A stretch of DNA of 54,810 bases. It comes from Candidatus Altiarchaeota archaeon (lineage in GTDB: Archaea > Altiarchaeota > Altiarchaeia > IMC4 > SCGC-AAA252-I15). The stretch spans positions 1 to 54,810 of the forward strand of contig JAZDMS010000029.1 of NCBI GenBank assembly GCA_043800705.1, in the 5' to 3' direction. Positions 18,745 through 27,517 of this stretch are shown piece after piece. Below the pieces are notes generated by a model. The model did no database searches, was not told where the DNA came from, and worked only from the letters and a program-made list of their open reading frames with translations. The stretch's first letter is position 1, and the number at the start of each line of letters is the position of its first letter. The translations under genes were made by a program, and so were the position numbers.

Positions 18745-18866
18745 ATTGCATCAAAAAAAAGGCAGCAACCGGGCCGGGTCCCATAATCCGCCCTAGAGAT
18801 GGTGTGTGGAGCCTAGGCTCCGATTATGAGGCCGATCATGGCCGAATGATAGGACGGGGCTTTCAT
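18745..18866 (-). promoter_or_regulatory. Candidate leader-peptide attenuator (uORF 18813-18866, alternative stems, U8 tract)
   Basis: uORF MKAPSYHSAMIGLIIGA*. GGAGCCTAGGCTCC palindrome over the stop, GC-rich stem, then T8 (A8 at 18753-18760 on +). TTTTTAA box ~27 nt upstream of the uORF ATG. Confidence 0.6.
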
Positions 18867-18979
18867 TTTCGGAAAAATATAGGCGTTTCCCGTTAAAAAG
18901 GCTGCCCGGTTCCTGAGGACCGGGGGAAAGTATCGGTGTCGTGCGCCAGCTTTTACCTCCGGAAACGCAATATGTCTTG

Positions 18980-19861
18980 ATGGATCCGGCTGCCGGCGTC
19001 TACGCCACGGTCATCAACGGGATGTCCACATACTTTGCCAAAGCAGATGCAAGGCAGGCGGTGGAGTCCTTGAGGATGAATCTCCCGATCCTGGACGGGG
19101 CAGGCGTGAAATACGAGCTGAATGGGGGGCTATTGACGGTCACATCGGCTGAAACGCAAAGCAGGGCCGCATTCTACGAATTCATCCTGGCTCATGGTAG
19201 AACATTCGAGGGCAGGTACGGGGTGACCGAGCTCTGGAAGCCGCTGAAGCTGGTGATAGTCAAGGCGATCTTCCCCCTCAGGGACTTGGTCAGGGAATAC
19301 GGGATGGAGATCCCGATCGCCAGGTACGGCCTCGAGTACACCAGCCGCGCTACGCTCTTCGGCTTCGACCTAGAAGGCAGGATGGCAAAGAACGAGTGGA
19401 CGAAGGCGGAAGTCCTTGTGACCAATCACCGGATGCTCCTGCCCCCAGCCGAAGACATCCGCCTGCACCGCCTCGCCACCATCGGACGGGAGATCTACAT
19501 GGGCGACGAGGAGAGCGTCAACAAATACGTGCGCGTAGTCGACTGCATGAGCGCCGACAGGCTGTCTTCCTACTCGCTCCTGTTCAGGGGGCCGAAGGAC
19601 ACCATCGTCGACTTCCTCAACACGCTGAGGATCGCAAGGACCGAATCCAGGAGGATCGGGCTGAACGAGACCAGGGTGCTGCTTGGGCTGTACTACCATA
19701 CGTCCTTGAGGGATCTGCCGGAGAAATGCAACCTGCAGAGCGGGCAGCTGTCGGAAGCCCTGCGCCGCCTGCACAGGCAGAAGTACATCGAGGAAATCGG
19801 TTCGCTCACAAGCGATGGAATCAAGATGGTGGACGAACTGATCAACGTAAGCATGATTTGA
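18980..19861 (+). CDS. CheF-like archaeal protein (PH-like domain plus C-terminal wHTH)
   Basis: EVLVTNHRMLL...IRL..LATIGR and ETRVLLGLY...LRRLHRQKYIE...LTSDG resemble archaeal CheF. Start uncertain (GTG 18941 possible). Confidence 0.5.
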   Translation: MDPAAGVYATVINGMSTYFAKADARQAVESLRMNLPILDGAGVKYELNGGLLTVTSAETQSRAAFYEFILAHGRTFEGRYGVTELWKPLKLVIVKAIFPLRDLVREYGMEIPIARYGLEYTSRATLFGFDLEGRMAKNEWTKAEVLVTNHRMLLPPAEDIRLHRLATIGREIYMGDEESVNKYVRVVDCMSADRLSSYSLLFRGPKDTIVDFLNTLRIARTESRRIGLNETRVLLGLYYHTSLRDLPEKCNLQSGQLSEALRRLHRQKYIEEIGSLTSDGIKMVDELINVSMI

Positions 19862-19868
19862 GCGCACC

Positions 19869-20459
19869 CTATTTGTACCTTGCCCGCTTCTCTATCGTCT
19901 CTATCCTCTTCATCATCTCATTTCCGGGATTGTACCCTTCAAGGAGGGCCTCCCAGATCGCGCCGGCATGGGCGGTGTGCGTCGCGAAGATGGACTTCTT
20001 GAAAACCACCAGGTCCATGGCCTGGTCTTCGAGGCGGCAGGTGTGGTAGCCGAGGCCGAAGTCGATGACGCAGATGCCGTCCTCGCCTGCTATGAGGTTG
20101 GATGTGGTGAGGTCGTTGTGGACGAGGCCGCCTTCGTGGAGCATCCTGAGGCTTTGGCCCCCCTGATGCGAAAGCTCCGATATCCTCTCCCCCCGTTCGA
20201 ACACGTCCCTGATTAGCTCGCCGGGGACGTATTCCATCTCTATCGTGAACCTTCTCTCGTCGACCTTCAAGAGCTTCGGAACCCTGATGCCGATGGAGGC
20301 GGCGGTCTGCATGTTTTTCGCCTCGCGCCTGGTCCTCTGCCGCCGGAGCCTGGAATCAAGCTGCGGGATCCTGTACTTCTTGGCGACCCTCTCCTTTGTG
20401 AGCGTGCCTCTGCTCACGGAGATGTCCGCTTCGGCGCCTTTGCGCATGTGTTCCGCCAC
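19869..20459 (-). CDS. bud32: KEOPS complex kinase Bud32
   Basis: KGAEA, YRIPQLDSRLRRQRTRREA, HNDLTTSN, IDFGLG, EDQAMDL, C-terminal RARY. Confidence 0.9.
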   Translation of the reverse strand: MAEHMRKGAEADISVSRGTLTKERVAKKYRIPQLDSRLRRQRTRREAKNMQTAASIGIRVPKLLKVDERRFTIEMEYVPGELIRDVFERGERISELSHQGGQSLRMLHEGGLVHNDLTTSNLIAGEDGICVIDFGLGYHTCRLEDQAMDLVVFKKSIFATHTAHAGAIWEALLEGYNPGNEMMKRIETIEKRARYK

Positions 20460-20490
20460 ATTTAATAAGCGGCTGTTGTTATTAATATGC

Positions 20491-20826
20491 GTGGACGGTT
20501 TCGACGAGCTCTTATGGAGGCTTTCCAGGCAGCTGGCAAACATTATGGGGGCACAGATAACCTTCTCCAACGGCCTTGAGCCCTATATCGAATTCGACGA
20601 AGGCGTCGACGGCGTCGTCCTGACGGCGGAGATTCCCGGAATCAGGCCGGAATGCATAAGGGTCAGCGTCTGCGAGGACGAGATCAAGCTGGACATCGTC
20701 CAGAACGGGGTGATGGCCTATTCGGAGGTCTTCGAGACGGACTTGATCAAGGCCGGGGAGGCCAGGATACGGTGCAGAAACGACGTCTTAGAGGTGCGCG
20801 TCCCCTACGCCGATGCTGGTTTTTAA
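20491..20826 (+). CDS. Hsp20/alpha-crystallin domain protein
   Basis: LTAEIPGIRPECIRV...NDVLEVRVP. GTG start after an AT-rich divergent promoter. Confidence 0.7.
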   Translation: MDGFDELLWRLSRQLANIMGAQITFSNGLEPYIEFDEGVDGVVLTAEIPGIRPECIRVSVCEDEIKLDIVQNGVMAYSEVFETDLIKAGEARIRCRNDVLEVRVPYADAGF

Positions 20827-20964
20827 CGGGGAACGCCTATAGCTATCTCAGTAAAATATCGCATCCGCCTGGTGCGGTAAGGCATCTTAGATTCGGGCGA
20901 TCGCATCCAGGGGGGCGTTTGACCTACTCCGAATGCTGGTTGGCCGTTTGACGGTGATTTGAAC

Positions 20965-21210
20965 ATGGACGTAAAGAGCGTTTTAGGCAAGATCGACGAG
21001 GTCTTGGCGGACTATTCCATGCCCAAACGCGTCAAGGCCGTCCTCACACAGATCAAAGCCGACCTGGGCAGGGAACACAAGGAGACCGACGTCGTCATAA
21101 CGAGCGCCATCTACGCACTCGACGAGATAACCACCGACGTCAACATATCAATGCACGCGAAGACCGTCATATGGGACATAATAAGCGAGCTTGAGGCGCT
21201 GAAAAAATGA
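20965..21210 (+). CDS. UPF0147 family archaeal protein
   Basis: DYSMPKRVK...AIYALDEITTDVNISMHAKTVIWDIISELE. Confidence 0.85.
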   Translation: MDVKSVLGKIDEVLADYSMPKRVKAVLTQIKADLGREHKETDVVITSAIYALDEITTDVNISMHAKTVIWDIISELEALKK

Positions 21211-22184
21211 GCGAATCCGGCCTCGTCCTGCGCAACACGGCCGAAGCCGTGACCGAGGAGGAGCTCGCCGACGTATTGAAGCTGAAGAGCCCCGCCGTAT
21301 ACTGCGGCTACGAGACCTCCGGCCAGGTCCACATCGGCCACATGGTCACCGCCACCAAGCTCCTGGACCTCAAGAAGGCCGGATTCAAGGTCAAGGTGCT
21401 TTTTGCGGACGTACACACCCGCCTGAACAGGAAAGGCGACCCGGAATGGATAGAGAGGATGGTCCGGTACTGGACCGAATGCTTCAGGGGCCTCGGCCTC
21501 AAGGACGCGGAATATGTGAAAGGCTCCGACTTCCAGTTCGAGAAGGCCTACGTATCCGACGTGCTTCAGCTGGCCTTGGAGGTCACGATGAGCCGGGCCC
21601 TTCGAAGCATGCAGGAGGTGGCCAGGGACGTCGAGAACGCGAGGGTGTCGCAGGTCATCTATCCGCTGATGCAGATCGCCGACATCAAGCACCTCGGAGC
21701 CGACGTCGCCTACGGCGGCATGGAGCAGAGGAAGATCCACATGCTCGCCAGGGAGATACTCCCCGTCATAGGATACAGGAAGCCCGTATGCCTGCATACG
21801 CCGCTTCTTTGCGCCCTACAGGGGCCGGACTCGAAGATGAGCTCCAGCAGACCGGAGTCCCTGATTTCGGTGGATGAGGATGCGGCTTCCGTCAAGAAGA
21901 AGATCGGTGCGGCATACTGCCCCCAGGAGCCGGGAGTGAACCCCGTCCTCGACACATGTAAGCTCCTCCTCTTCCCAAGGTTCGATTCCCTGAAGGTCAA
22001 CAGGCCAGCCAAATACGGCGGAGACGCGGAATATGCCAACTACGAACAGTTGGAGGCCGACTACCTCGCGAAGAAGCTCCACCCAGCGGATTTGAAGAAC
22101 ATGACCGCCACACACCTCTCCGAGGTCTTGGAACCTGTCAGAAAACACCTGAAAGAGACGGGGACAGAATATCCGAAACAGTAG
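21207..22184 (+). CDS. tyrS: Tyrosyl-tRNA synthetase (archaeal type)
   Basis: YCGYETSG, HIGH, YPLMQIAD, GGMEQRKIHMLARE, KMSSS, LHPADLK. Confidence 0.95.
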   Translation: MSESGLVLRNTAEAVTEEELADVLKLKSPAVYCGYETSGQVHIGHMVTATKLLDLKKAGFKVKVLFADVHTRLNRKGDPEWIERMVRYWTECFRGLGLKDAEYVKGSDFQFEKAYVSDVLQLALEVTMSRALRSMQEVARDVENARVSQVIYPLMQIADIKHLGADVAYGGMEQRKIHMLAREILPVIGYRKPVCLHTPLLCALQGPDSKMSSSRPESLISVDEDAASVKKKIGAAYCPQEPGVNPVLDTCKLLLFPRFDSLKVNRPAKYGGDAEYANYEQLEADYLAKKLHPADLKNMTATHLSEVLEPVRKHLKETGTEYPKQ

Positions 22185-22594
22185 TTTTCGGTTCTCAGTT
22201 CACGGTTTTCGGTTCACGGTTTTCGGTTCACGGTTTTCGGTTCACGGTTTTCGGTTCACGGTTTTCGGTTCACGGTTTACGGTTTTCGGTTCACGGTTTT
22301 CAGTAAAAACAGGAAACTGGAAACTTCGGTTTTCAGTTTTCGGTTCACGGTTCTCAGTTTTCGGTTCTCAGTTTTCGGTTTACAGTCAAAACCGAAAACT
22401 GGAAACTGGAAACTTCGGTTTACAGTTCTCGGTTCTCGGTATTCAGTTCACAGTTTACAGTTCTCGGTTAAAACTGGAAACCGAAAACTGAAAACTGGAA
22501 ACTTCGGTTTACAGTTCTCGGTTAAAACTGGAAACTTCGGTTCTCGGTTTACGGTCAAAACCGAAAACAGAAAACTGGAAACTTCAGTTCTCAG
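22185..22594. repeat. Heptamer repeat array 2 (upstream of four-helix-bundle gene)
   Basis: (GGTTCAC/GGTTTTC)n alternating with (GAAAACT/GGAAACT)n. Begins at the tyrS stop codon; about 10 orientation switches at fixed junctions. Confidence 0.95.
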
Positions 22595-22661
22595 CAGTGT
22601 TTCGTGATAGTACTACCTTTCAAGTGTCTGATTCTAAAGGGGGGGTTCTTTATCAGGGAAC

Positions 22662-23024
22662 ATGGCCCAGAATTTCAAAAACCTGAATGTCTATAGGGAG
22701 GCATACGCCCTCAGCATCGAAGTCTACCGCGAGATCAAGGACTTGGACAGGCACTGGCGCCTCAAGGACCAGCTTTTCGGCTCGACTACGGCCGTCTGCA
22801 CGAATCTTGCGGAGATGGCGGCCTTCGAGAACAGGAACCAGCAGCGGCAGAAGGTAATGGTCTGCATAGGCGAATGCAATGAGACTGAATTCTGGCTCGA
22901 ATTCTGCAAGGACGCATGTCTCATCGAAGAGGACAAATTCGGGGGGTTTATGAAAAAATTAGAAAGGATACGTATGATGTTGTTCAGCCTCAAGGGTTCC
23001 ATCGAAAAAAACGCCGTTAGATAG
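22662..23024 (+). CDS. Four helix bundle protein (bAvd-like / '23S rRNA IVS protein' family)
   Basis: 120 aa; FKNLNVYREA...LKDQL..S...V.TNLAE...G.CNETEFWLE pattern of the family. Confidence 0.85.
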   Translation: MAQNFKNLNVYREAYALSIEVYREIKDLDRHWRLKDQLFGSTTAVCTNLAEMAAFENRNQQRQKVMVCIGECNETEFWLEFCKDACLIEEDKFGGFMKKLERIRMMLFSLKGSIEKNAVR

Positions 23025-23123
23025 ACTGAAAACTGGAAACTTCGGTTCTCGGTTTTCGGTTAAAACTGAAAACTGAAAACTGAACACTGAAAACTGAAAA
23101 CTGGAAACTGAAAACCGAAAACC
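23025..23123. repeat. Heptamer repeat array 3 (downstream of four-helix-bundle gene)
   Basis: Fills the whole gap between two convergent stop codons; same junctions GAAACTTCGGTT and GGTTAAAACT. Confidence 0.95.
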
Positions 23124-23124
23124 G

Positions 23125-23964
23125 CTATATCTGCGGCACTATCTTCGCCTGGTCTCCTAGGCTGGCTCCGAGTTTGTCCATCTGTTCTTTGGCTTTCCTT
23201 ACGGTTTCGAGGCAGTCGGTGGTGAGGTTCTTGTTCCTGAGGTCGGAGCATACTTGGGAGTCGACTTTTTTCTGGGCGACTTGGAGGAAGCATTCGTCCG
23301 CTGTCCTGTCTTCGCCGATGCTCTTGCACAGCCAGACGTCCGGTTTGACTGTGGCGACTTTGCCGTAGCAGTAGTCTTTGCTCTTGTTCTCCAGGAGGCG
23401 GTCGCAGTATTTTTCGTCCTTGTTTATGAGGGCGAGGCAGCGGTATTTCGTGGATTCCGAGGTTATCCGCCCGCAGGTTTCGTTGGATCTGGTGTTGAAG
23501 CCGACCTGGAAGAGGCATGTGTCCTTCTGGTCCGGGTTGCCGACGTCCGCGCACAGGGATTCGTTGCGTTGCAGGATGGCGACTTCCATGACGCATGAGC
23601 TCTTCTCTACGGGGTCCGTCACGAGGGCGCAGCCTGCTAGGTCGCCTTTTTCTGCGGCGACCCTCCTGATGCATTGCTGTCTCCAGAGGTTCATCTGGAC
23701 TTTCTGGCAGCCGTCGTAGTCCAGCTGGTTTTGGGCGTTGTTGAAGTAGCATTCGTCCCGTTTGTCTCCCGCCTCCAGCCTGGAGCAGTCGATTGCCGGG
23801 ATTGTGGTAGGCGGGGCCTCCGAGCAGGCGGCGCAGGGGCCTCCGCAGTCGACGCCCTCCTCGAGGCCGTTTTTGAGGCCGTCCTGGCAGTTGGGCTCCT
23901 CTATGCAGCCTGAAAAGGCCGCGGCAGCCATTAGGGCGGCTATTATGTAAGGCGTAAAACGCAT
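23125..23964 (-). CDS. Cys-rich repeat lipoprotein
   Basis: Signal peptide with FSGC lipobox-like end, CQDGLKNGLEEGVDCGGPC motif, ~25-aa two-Cys repeats. Confidence 0.8.
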   Translation of the reverse strand: MRFTPYIIAALMAAAAFSGCIEEPNCQDGLKNGLEEGVDCGGPCAACSEAPPTTIPAIDCSRLEAGDKRDECYFNNAQNQLDYDGCQKVQMNLWRQQCIRRVAAEKGDLAGCALVTDPVEKSSCVMEVAILQRNESLCADVGNPDQKDTCLFQVGFNTRSNETCGRITSESTKYRCLALINKDEKYCDRLLENKSKDYCYGKVATVKPDVWLCKSIGEDRTADECFLQVAQKKVDSQVCSDLRNKNLTTDCLETVRKAKEQMDKLGASLGDQAKIVPQI

Positions 23965-24019
23965 AGTCAAATATAAAGTAGGTTCCGTATAAAAACAGGA
24001 AAAATGCCGAACAATGTCC

Positions 24020-25108
24020 CTAATGAGTCGTTTTCGTTATGGTTTTTGCGGTTATTGGGTCGATGTAGATGTAGGTCCCTTGGCCTTCGGACAGGTATGG
24101 TGCCCGGCCCCTTACCGGGTCGCCGCTCAGGAATGCTACGGCCCAGATGCCGTATTTGTGCTCTTTGTCCGCTGAGGCCTTTAGCGCCTCCCCGACGGAG
24201 ATGTCGCCGTTCATGTGCTCCGGCACCTCCGGGGACAATAGGTTGGTCAGCCGTTTTTTCGCAAAGTCCGTCGCCATTATGTCGTCCAGTATGATGTCCC
24301 GGTGGCTGCCGTAGAAGGGGTCCATCTGGATCGTGACGGGGGTGAATGAGCTGACATAGTAGGTCCTCACCTGCCCGTGGGGCAGGGGACCGTATTCTTT
24401 GAGTGCGTGTTCCACTGCCTGGGGCTCGGTCAGGTAGTCGGCGCCGAAGATGCCGCCTAATGTTTGCAGGAAAAGGACGAGCATGAATGCGGCCGCTGCC
24501 ATGTCGGCGGCCATGAGCCCGTTTTCCCGGACCTGCTCCCTGAATTTCGGCCTACGCCAGAGGAGTATCCTGTTCGCGGCGTAGGCTGCGATGCCAAGGC
24601 CGAATATGAGGCCGGTCGCCAGGCGCAGGACGTTGTTGCTCTCCCGCATCAGGAGGACCGTCTGCGTGATCCCGTCCAATGCTATCGGCGCCGTCGCCAA
24701 GGCGACCATCTTGATGGAGGAGAGGAATTTGGGCCGGTTTTTGAGAAGGACGGTCGCGAATCCGGCTGCGGCTCCGACGTATATTCCGGCGTCCCTGGCG
24801 CACACCGGCATCGGTATCCCCCCGAATACGAGGCTGCGGTCCGGCAGCTGGTGGCACATCATGAGGATGCCTGCGGCCACGTGCATGAATGCGCCGACGT
24901 TCGTCAGGCTCTGGTTGCCTGATGCGAGCATGGCCGGGGATGCCAGAAGGAGCAGGAGGAGGAGGCATATGAACAGGTAGGCTGTCATGTAGATGTTGGA
25001 TTGGAGGACCTCGAAGGCCCTGTCGAGTTTGGCGCCCCATTCGTTGAGCCGGTTGTCCCTGCCTTCCAGGAAGCCGATGGCCGCAAGAAACGGGTCCTCG
25101 TCTGTCAT
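24020..25108 (-). CDS. DUF2085-domain membrane protein with C-terminal extracellular extension
   Basis: CHQLPDRS...PVCARDAGIY, PIALDGITQ, ESNNVLRLATG. Confidence 0.8.
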   Translation of the reverse strand: MTDEDPFLAAIGFLEGRDNRLNEWGAKLDRAFEVLQSNIYMTAYLFICLLLLLLLASPAMLASGNQSLTNVGAFMHVAAGILMMCHQLPDRSLVFGGIPMPVCARDAGIYVGAAAGFATVLLKNRPKFLSSIKMVALATAPIALDGITQTVLLMRESNNVLRLATGLIFGLGIAAYAANRILLWRRPKFREQVRENGLMAADMAAAAFMLVLFLQTLGGIFGADYLTEPQAVEHALKEYGPLPHGQVRTYYVSSFTPVTIQMDPFYGSHRDIILDDIMATDFAKKRLTNLLSPEVPEHMNGDISVGEALKASADKEHKYGIWAVAFLSGDPVRGRAPYLSEGQGTYIYIDPITAKTITKTTH

Positions 25109-26478
25109 AGCCGCTCTTTCAGGAGTGCGCCGACTACCTTGCTGTCGGCGCGGCCCTTCATCTTCGCCATCACTTTGCCCATGAGGAAGTTTGCGGCCTT
25201 CTCCTGGCCTGCCTTGTAGTCCGCCATCGCCTGCGGGTTCTCGGACAGGACGGAGTCGACTACGGAGGCGAGCTCGTCGACGGCGGAGACCCTGCCTAGG
25301 CCCTCGCCGGAGACGATCCTCTGGGGGCTCTCCCCGGAGTCGATGACCCGCTCGAGGATCTTTTTCCCAACGTTCTCGGTGATTTCGCCGCTTTTTATGA
25401 GCTGCAGGAGTTCCGTGACGTTCTCCTCAGTCAGCTTCGACTCCGAGTAGTCGATGTTCCTGTAGTTGAGCTGGCCGAGGATCTCCCGGCATATCCACGT
25501 CTGGGCGACCTCCCTGTCGACCTTGGACGCTATCGCCTCGTAGAGGTCTGCGATGTCCTTGTCGCGGACCATGGTCGACGCATAGTCCTGCCTTATCCCG
25601 TATTCCTGGATGAGCCTCTTGCGCCGAAGCTGCGGCGTCTGCGGGAGCCTTATCGCACCGACGTAGCCTTCGGAGAACTCCTGAGGGGGGATGTCGGGGT
25701 CCGGGATGAAGCGGTAGTCTGCGGCGGTCTCCTTGATCCTTTGCGAGACGGTGACCATCGTCTTCTCGTTGAATCCGCGAGTCTCCTGGATGACCCGGAC
25801 CCCCCGCTTCATCTGGTTCTTCTGCCGCACTATCTCGTACTGTATCGCCTTGAACGCGCCCGCGACGGAGTTGACGTTCTTTATCTCGACCTTCGCGCCG
25901 CCCTCTATGCTGATGTTGACGTCGGCCCTCATTACGCCGCCGACGTCGACGAGGGTGCGCTGCGTGTATTTGAGTATGTTGACGAGGGCCCTCATGAAGC
26001 TCCTGGCGTCTTCGGGGCCTTTCATGTCCGGGGCGGAGACGATCTCGATGAGGGGGACGCCGGAGCGGTTGTAGTCGACGTTCCCGCTCTTCAGGTCGTA
26101 GCGGCCTGGGTCCTCCTCGAGGTGTACCTCCCATATTCCGACGCCGCTTAAGCTTCCCTTCAGCCCGAAGGGTTCGCTCGTCCTCTGGTAGCCTGAGGGG
26201 AGGTCGGGGTAGTCGTAGTGCTTCCTCTTGACGAAGACGTTTTCCTTGACCACCTCGCATTCAAGCAGCCTGGCTATCATGAGTACCGTCTTCACCGCCT
26301 CCTCGTTTATCGGATACGGCTTCGAACCCGGCATCCCGGTGCAGACGGGGCACGTGTTCCTGTTGGGCTCCTTGGCCGCCCAGTAGTTGGTTGGGCAGTC
26401 GCAGAAGAGCTTCCGCCCCGTCGCGAGGGGGACGTGGATTTCGAGGCCGATCTTGGCCTTGACGTCGTCGTTCGACAT
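25105..26478 (-). CDS. gatB: Asp/Glu-tRNA amidotransferase subunit B
   Basis: IGLEIH, CPVCTGMPG, YPDLPSGYQ, HLEEDPG, DYNRSGVPLIEIVS, YRFIPDPD. Confidence 0.95.
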   Translation of the reverse strand: MSNDDVKAKIGLEIHVPLATGRKLFCDCPTNYWAAKEPNRNTCPVCTGMPGSKPYPINEEAVKTVLMIARLLECEVVKENVFVKRKHYDYPDLPSGYQRTSEPFGLKGSLSGVGIWEVHLEEDPGRYDLKSGNVDYNRSGVPLIEIVSAPDMKGPEDARSFMRALVNILKYTQRTLVDVGGVMRADVNISIEGGAKVEIKNVNSVAGAFKAIQYEIVRQKNQMKRGVRVIQETRGFNEKTMVTVSQRIKETAADYRFIPDPDIPPQEFSEGYVGAIRLPQTPQLRRKRLIQEYGIRQDYASTMVRDKDIADLYEAIASKVDREVAQTWICREILGQLNYRNIDYSESKLTEENVTELLQLIKSGEITENVGKKILERVIDSGESPQRIVSGEGLGRVSAVDELASVVDSVLSENPQAMADYKAGQEKAANFLMGKVMAKMKGRADSKVVGALLKERL

Positions 26479-26531
26479 GCCTTACCATATAGAGTATTTT
26501 GGATAAAAACCCCGCCTGTGTGCAGTATACC

Positions 26532-26566
26532 ATGAAGTTCATCCTCCAGCTCTCCGGCGAGCATCC
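26532..26566 (+). pseudogene. 35-nt remnant of trm11 5' end (copy 1)
   Basis: ATGAAGTTCATCCTCCAGCTCTCCGGCGAGCATCC is identical to the starts at 27289 and 28252. Confidence 0.9.
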
Positions 26567-26816
26567 CCCATGTGACCGGCCGGACAGGATGGAAGGTGCC
26601 TCCGGGGTTTATAATCGATAAGGAAAATATTTGAACTTTTCTATAGGGGTTTTCCTTATCGATGCTAGCAGATCGCTTGTTTAAGCCATTTTTGGCTAGT
26701 GTCAAGTTCAAATATTTAAGCGATCCGCTATTACTTTACTTGTCCGGGCGATGTTTTCACGACTATCCGAAGCCAATTTGGGATTAGCTTTTATTAGGCG
26801 AATTCATAGCATTATT

Positions 26817-27041
26817 ATGACATTTACCGCTGTCTTGCACAAGGAAGAGGATGTCTTCGTAGCCTATTGTCCCGAGGTCGGTACGACCAGCCAGGGGAAG
26901 ACCCTTGAAAAGGCGGTATCCAACCTTCGTGAGGCGACGGAACTCTATCTTGAGGAGTTTCCCTTAGGCAAGGTCTCTAAGCCGATTGTGACCGTATTCG
27001 AAGTTAAAAATGCCAAGTTTGCGAAAGGTCTCGGGTCATGA
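26817..27041 (+). CDS. hicB: HicB-family antitoxin (short form)
   Basis: FVAYCPEVGTTSQGKTLEKAVSNLREATELYLEE. Confidence 0.88.
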   Translation: MTFTAVLHKEEDVFVAYCPEVGTTSQGKTLEKAVSNLREATELYLEEFPLGKVSKPIVTVFEVKNAKFAKGLGS

Positions 27042-27240
27042 GACGGTAAAGATACTCTGCAACCGATTCGGCTTCTCCATAAGCGGACGTTCAGGCAGCC
27101 ATGTCAGATTGTCGAAGGCGACTGCAGACGGAAAAGTGGGCACTGTAGTGCCACAACACAAGGAATTGAAGATAGGGACGATGAAGAATATCCTGAAACT
27201 GGCCCGGGTAAGCGAGGAAGAGTTTTCGCTATACCTTTAG
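27010..27240 (+). CDS. hicA: HicA-family toxin
   Basis: GF....RSGSHV.L...VVPQHKELKIGTMKNILKLA. Confidence 0.9.
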   Translation: MPSLRKVSGHETVKILCNRFGFSISGRSGSHVRLSKATADGKVGTVVPQHKELKIGTMKNILKLARVSEEEFSLYL

Positions 27241-27288
27241 CCGACACATTTATAGCCGATAAATACGCTTTTACAGCAGTATAATACC

Positions 27289-27517
27289 ATGAAGTTCATC
27301 CTCCAGCTCTCCGGCGAGCATCCGACCCTCCCGTTGGCGGAGCTGAAGGCCGTCCTCGACGGGCAGATGCTGGAATACTATGTCAGGACGGAGGGGAGGC
27401 TGGCGTATGTCGAGCTCGTCGACGAGGGGGCGGAGTTCGTATCCCGCCTCGCCTACACCCTGTCCGCTGCGGAAGAGATATGCGATGCGAAGAGCGTCGA
27501 CGGGTTGGCTGAACGTC
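27289..27517 (+). pseudogene. Truncated trm11 5' fragment (copy 2, ~76 codons)
   Basis: First 90 nt identical to the full gene at 28252, then a diverged homolog. Homology ends at the stop codon of the convergent gene. Confidence 0.9.

Noticed and set aside
22185-22594. CRISPR array interpretation of the repeat regions
   Set aside because: There are no constant 25-45 bp repeats with unique spacers and no cas genes; the units are degenerate 7-mers.
22662-23024. Complete diversity-generating retroelement or 23S rRNA intervening sequence
   Set aside because: No reverse transcriptase, no TR/VR pair and no rRNA sequence are visible in the window.
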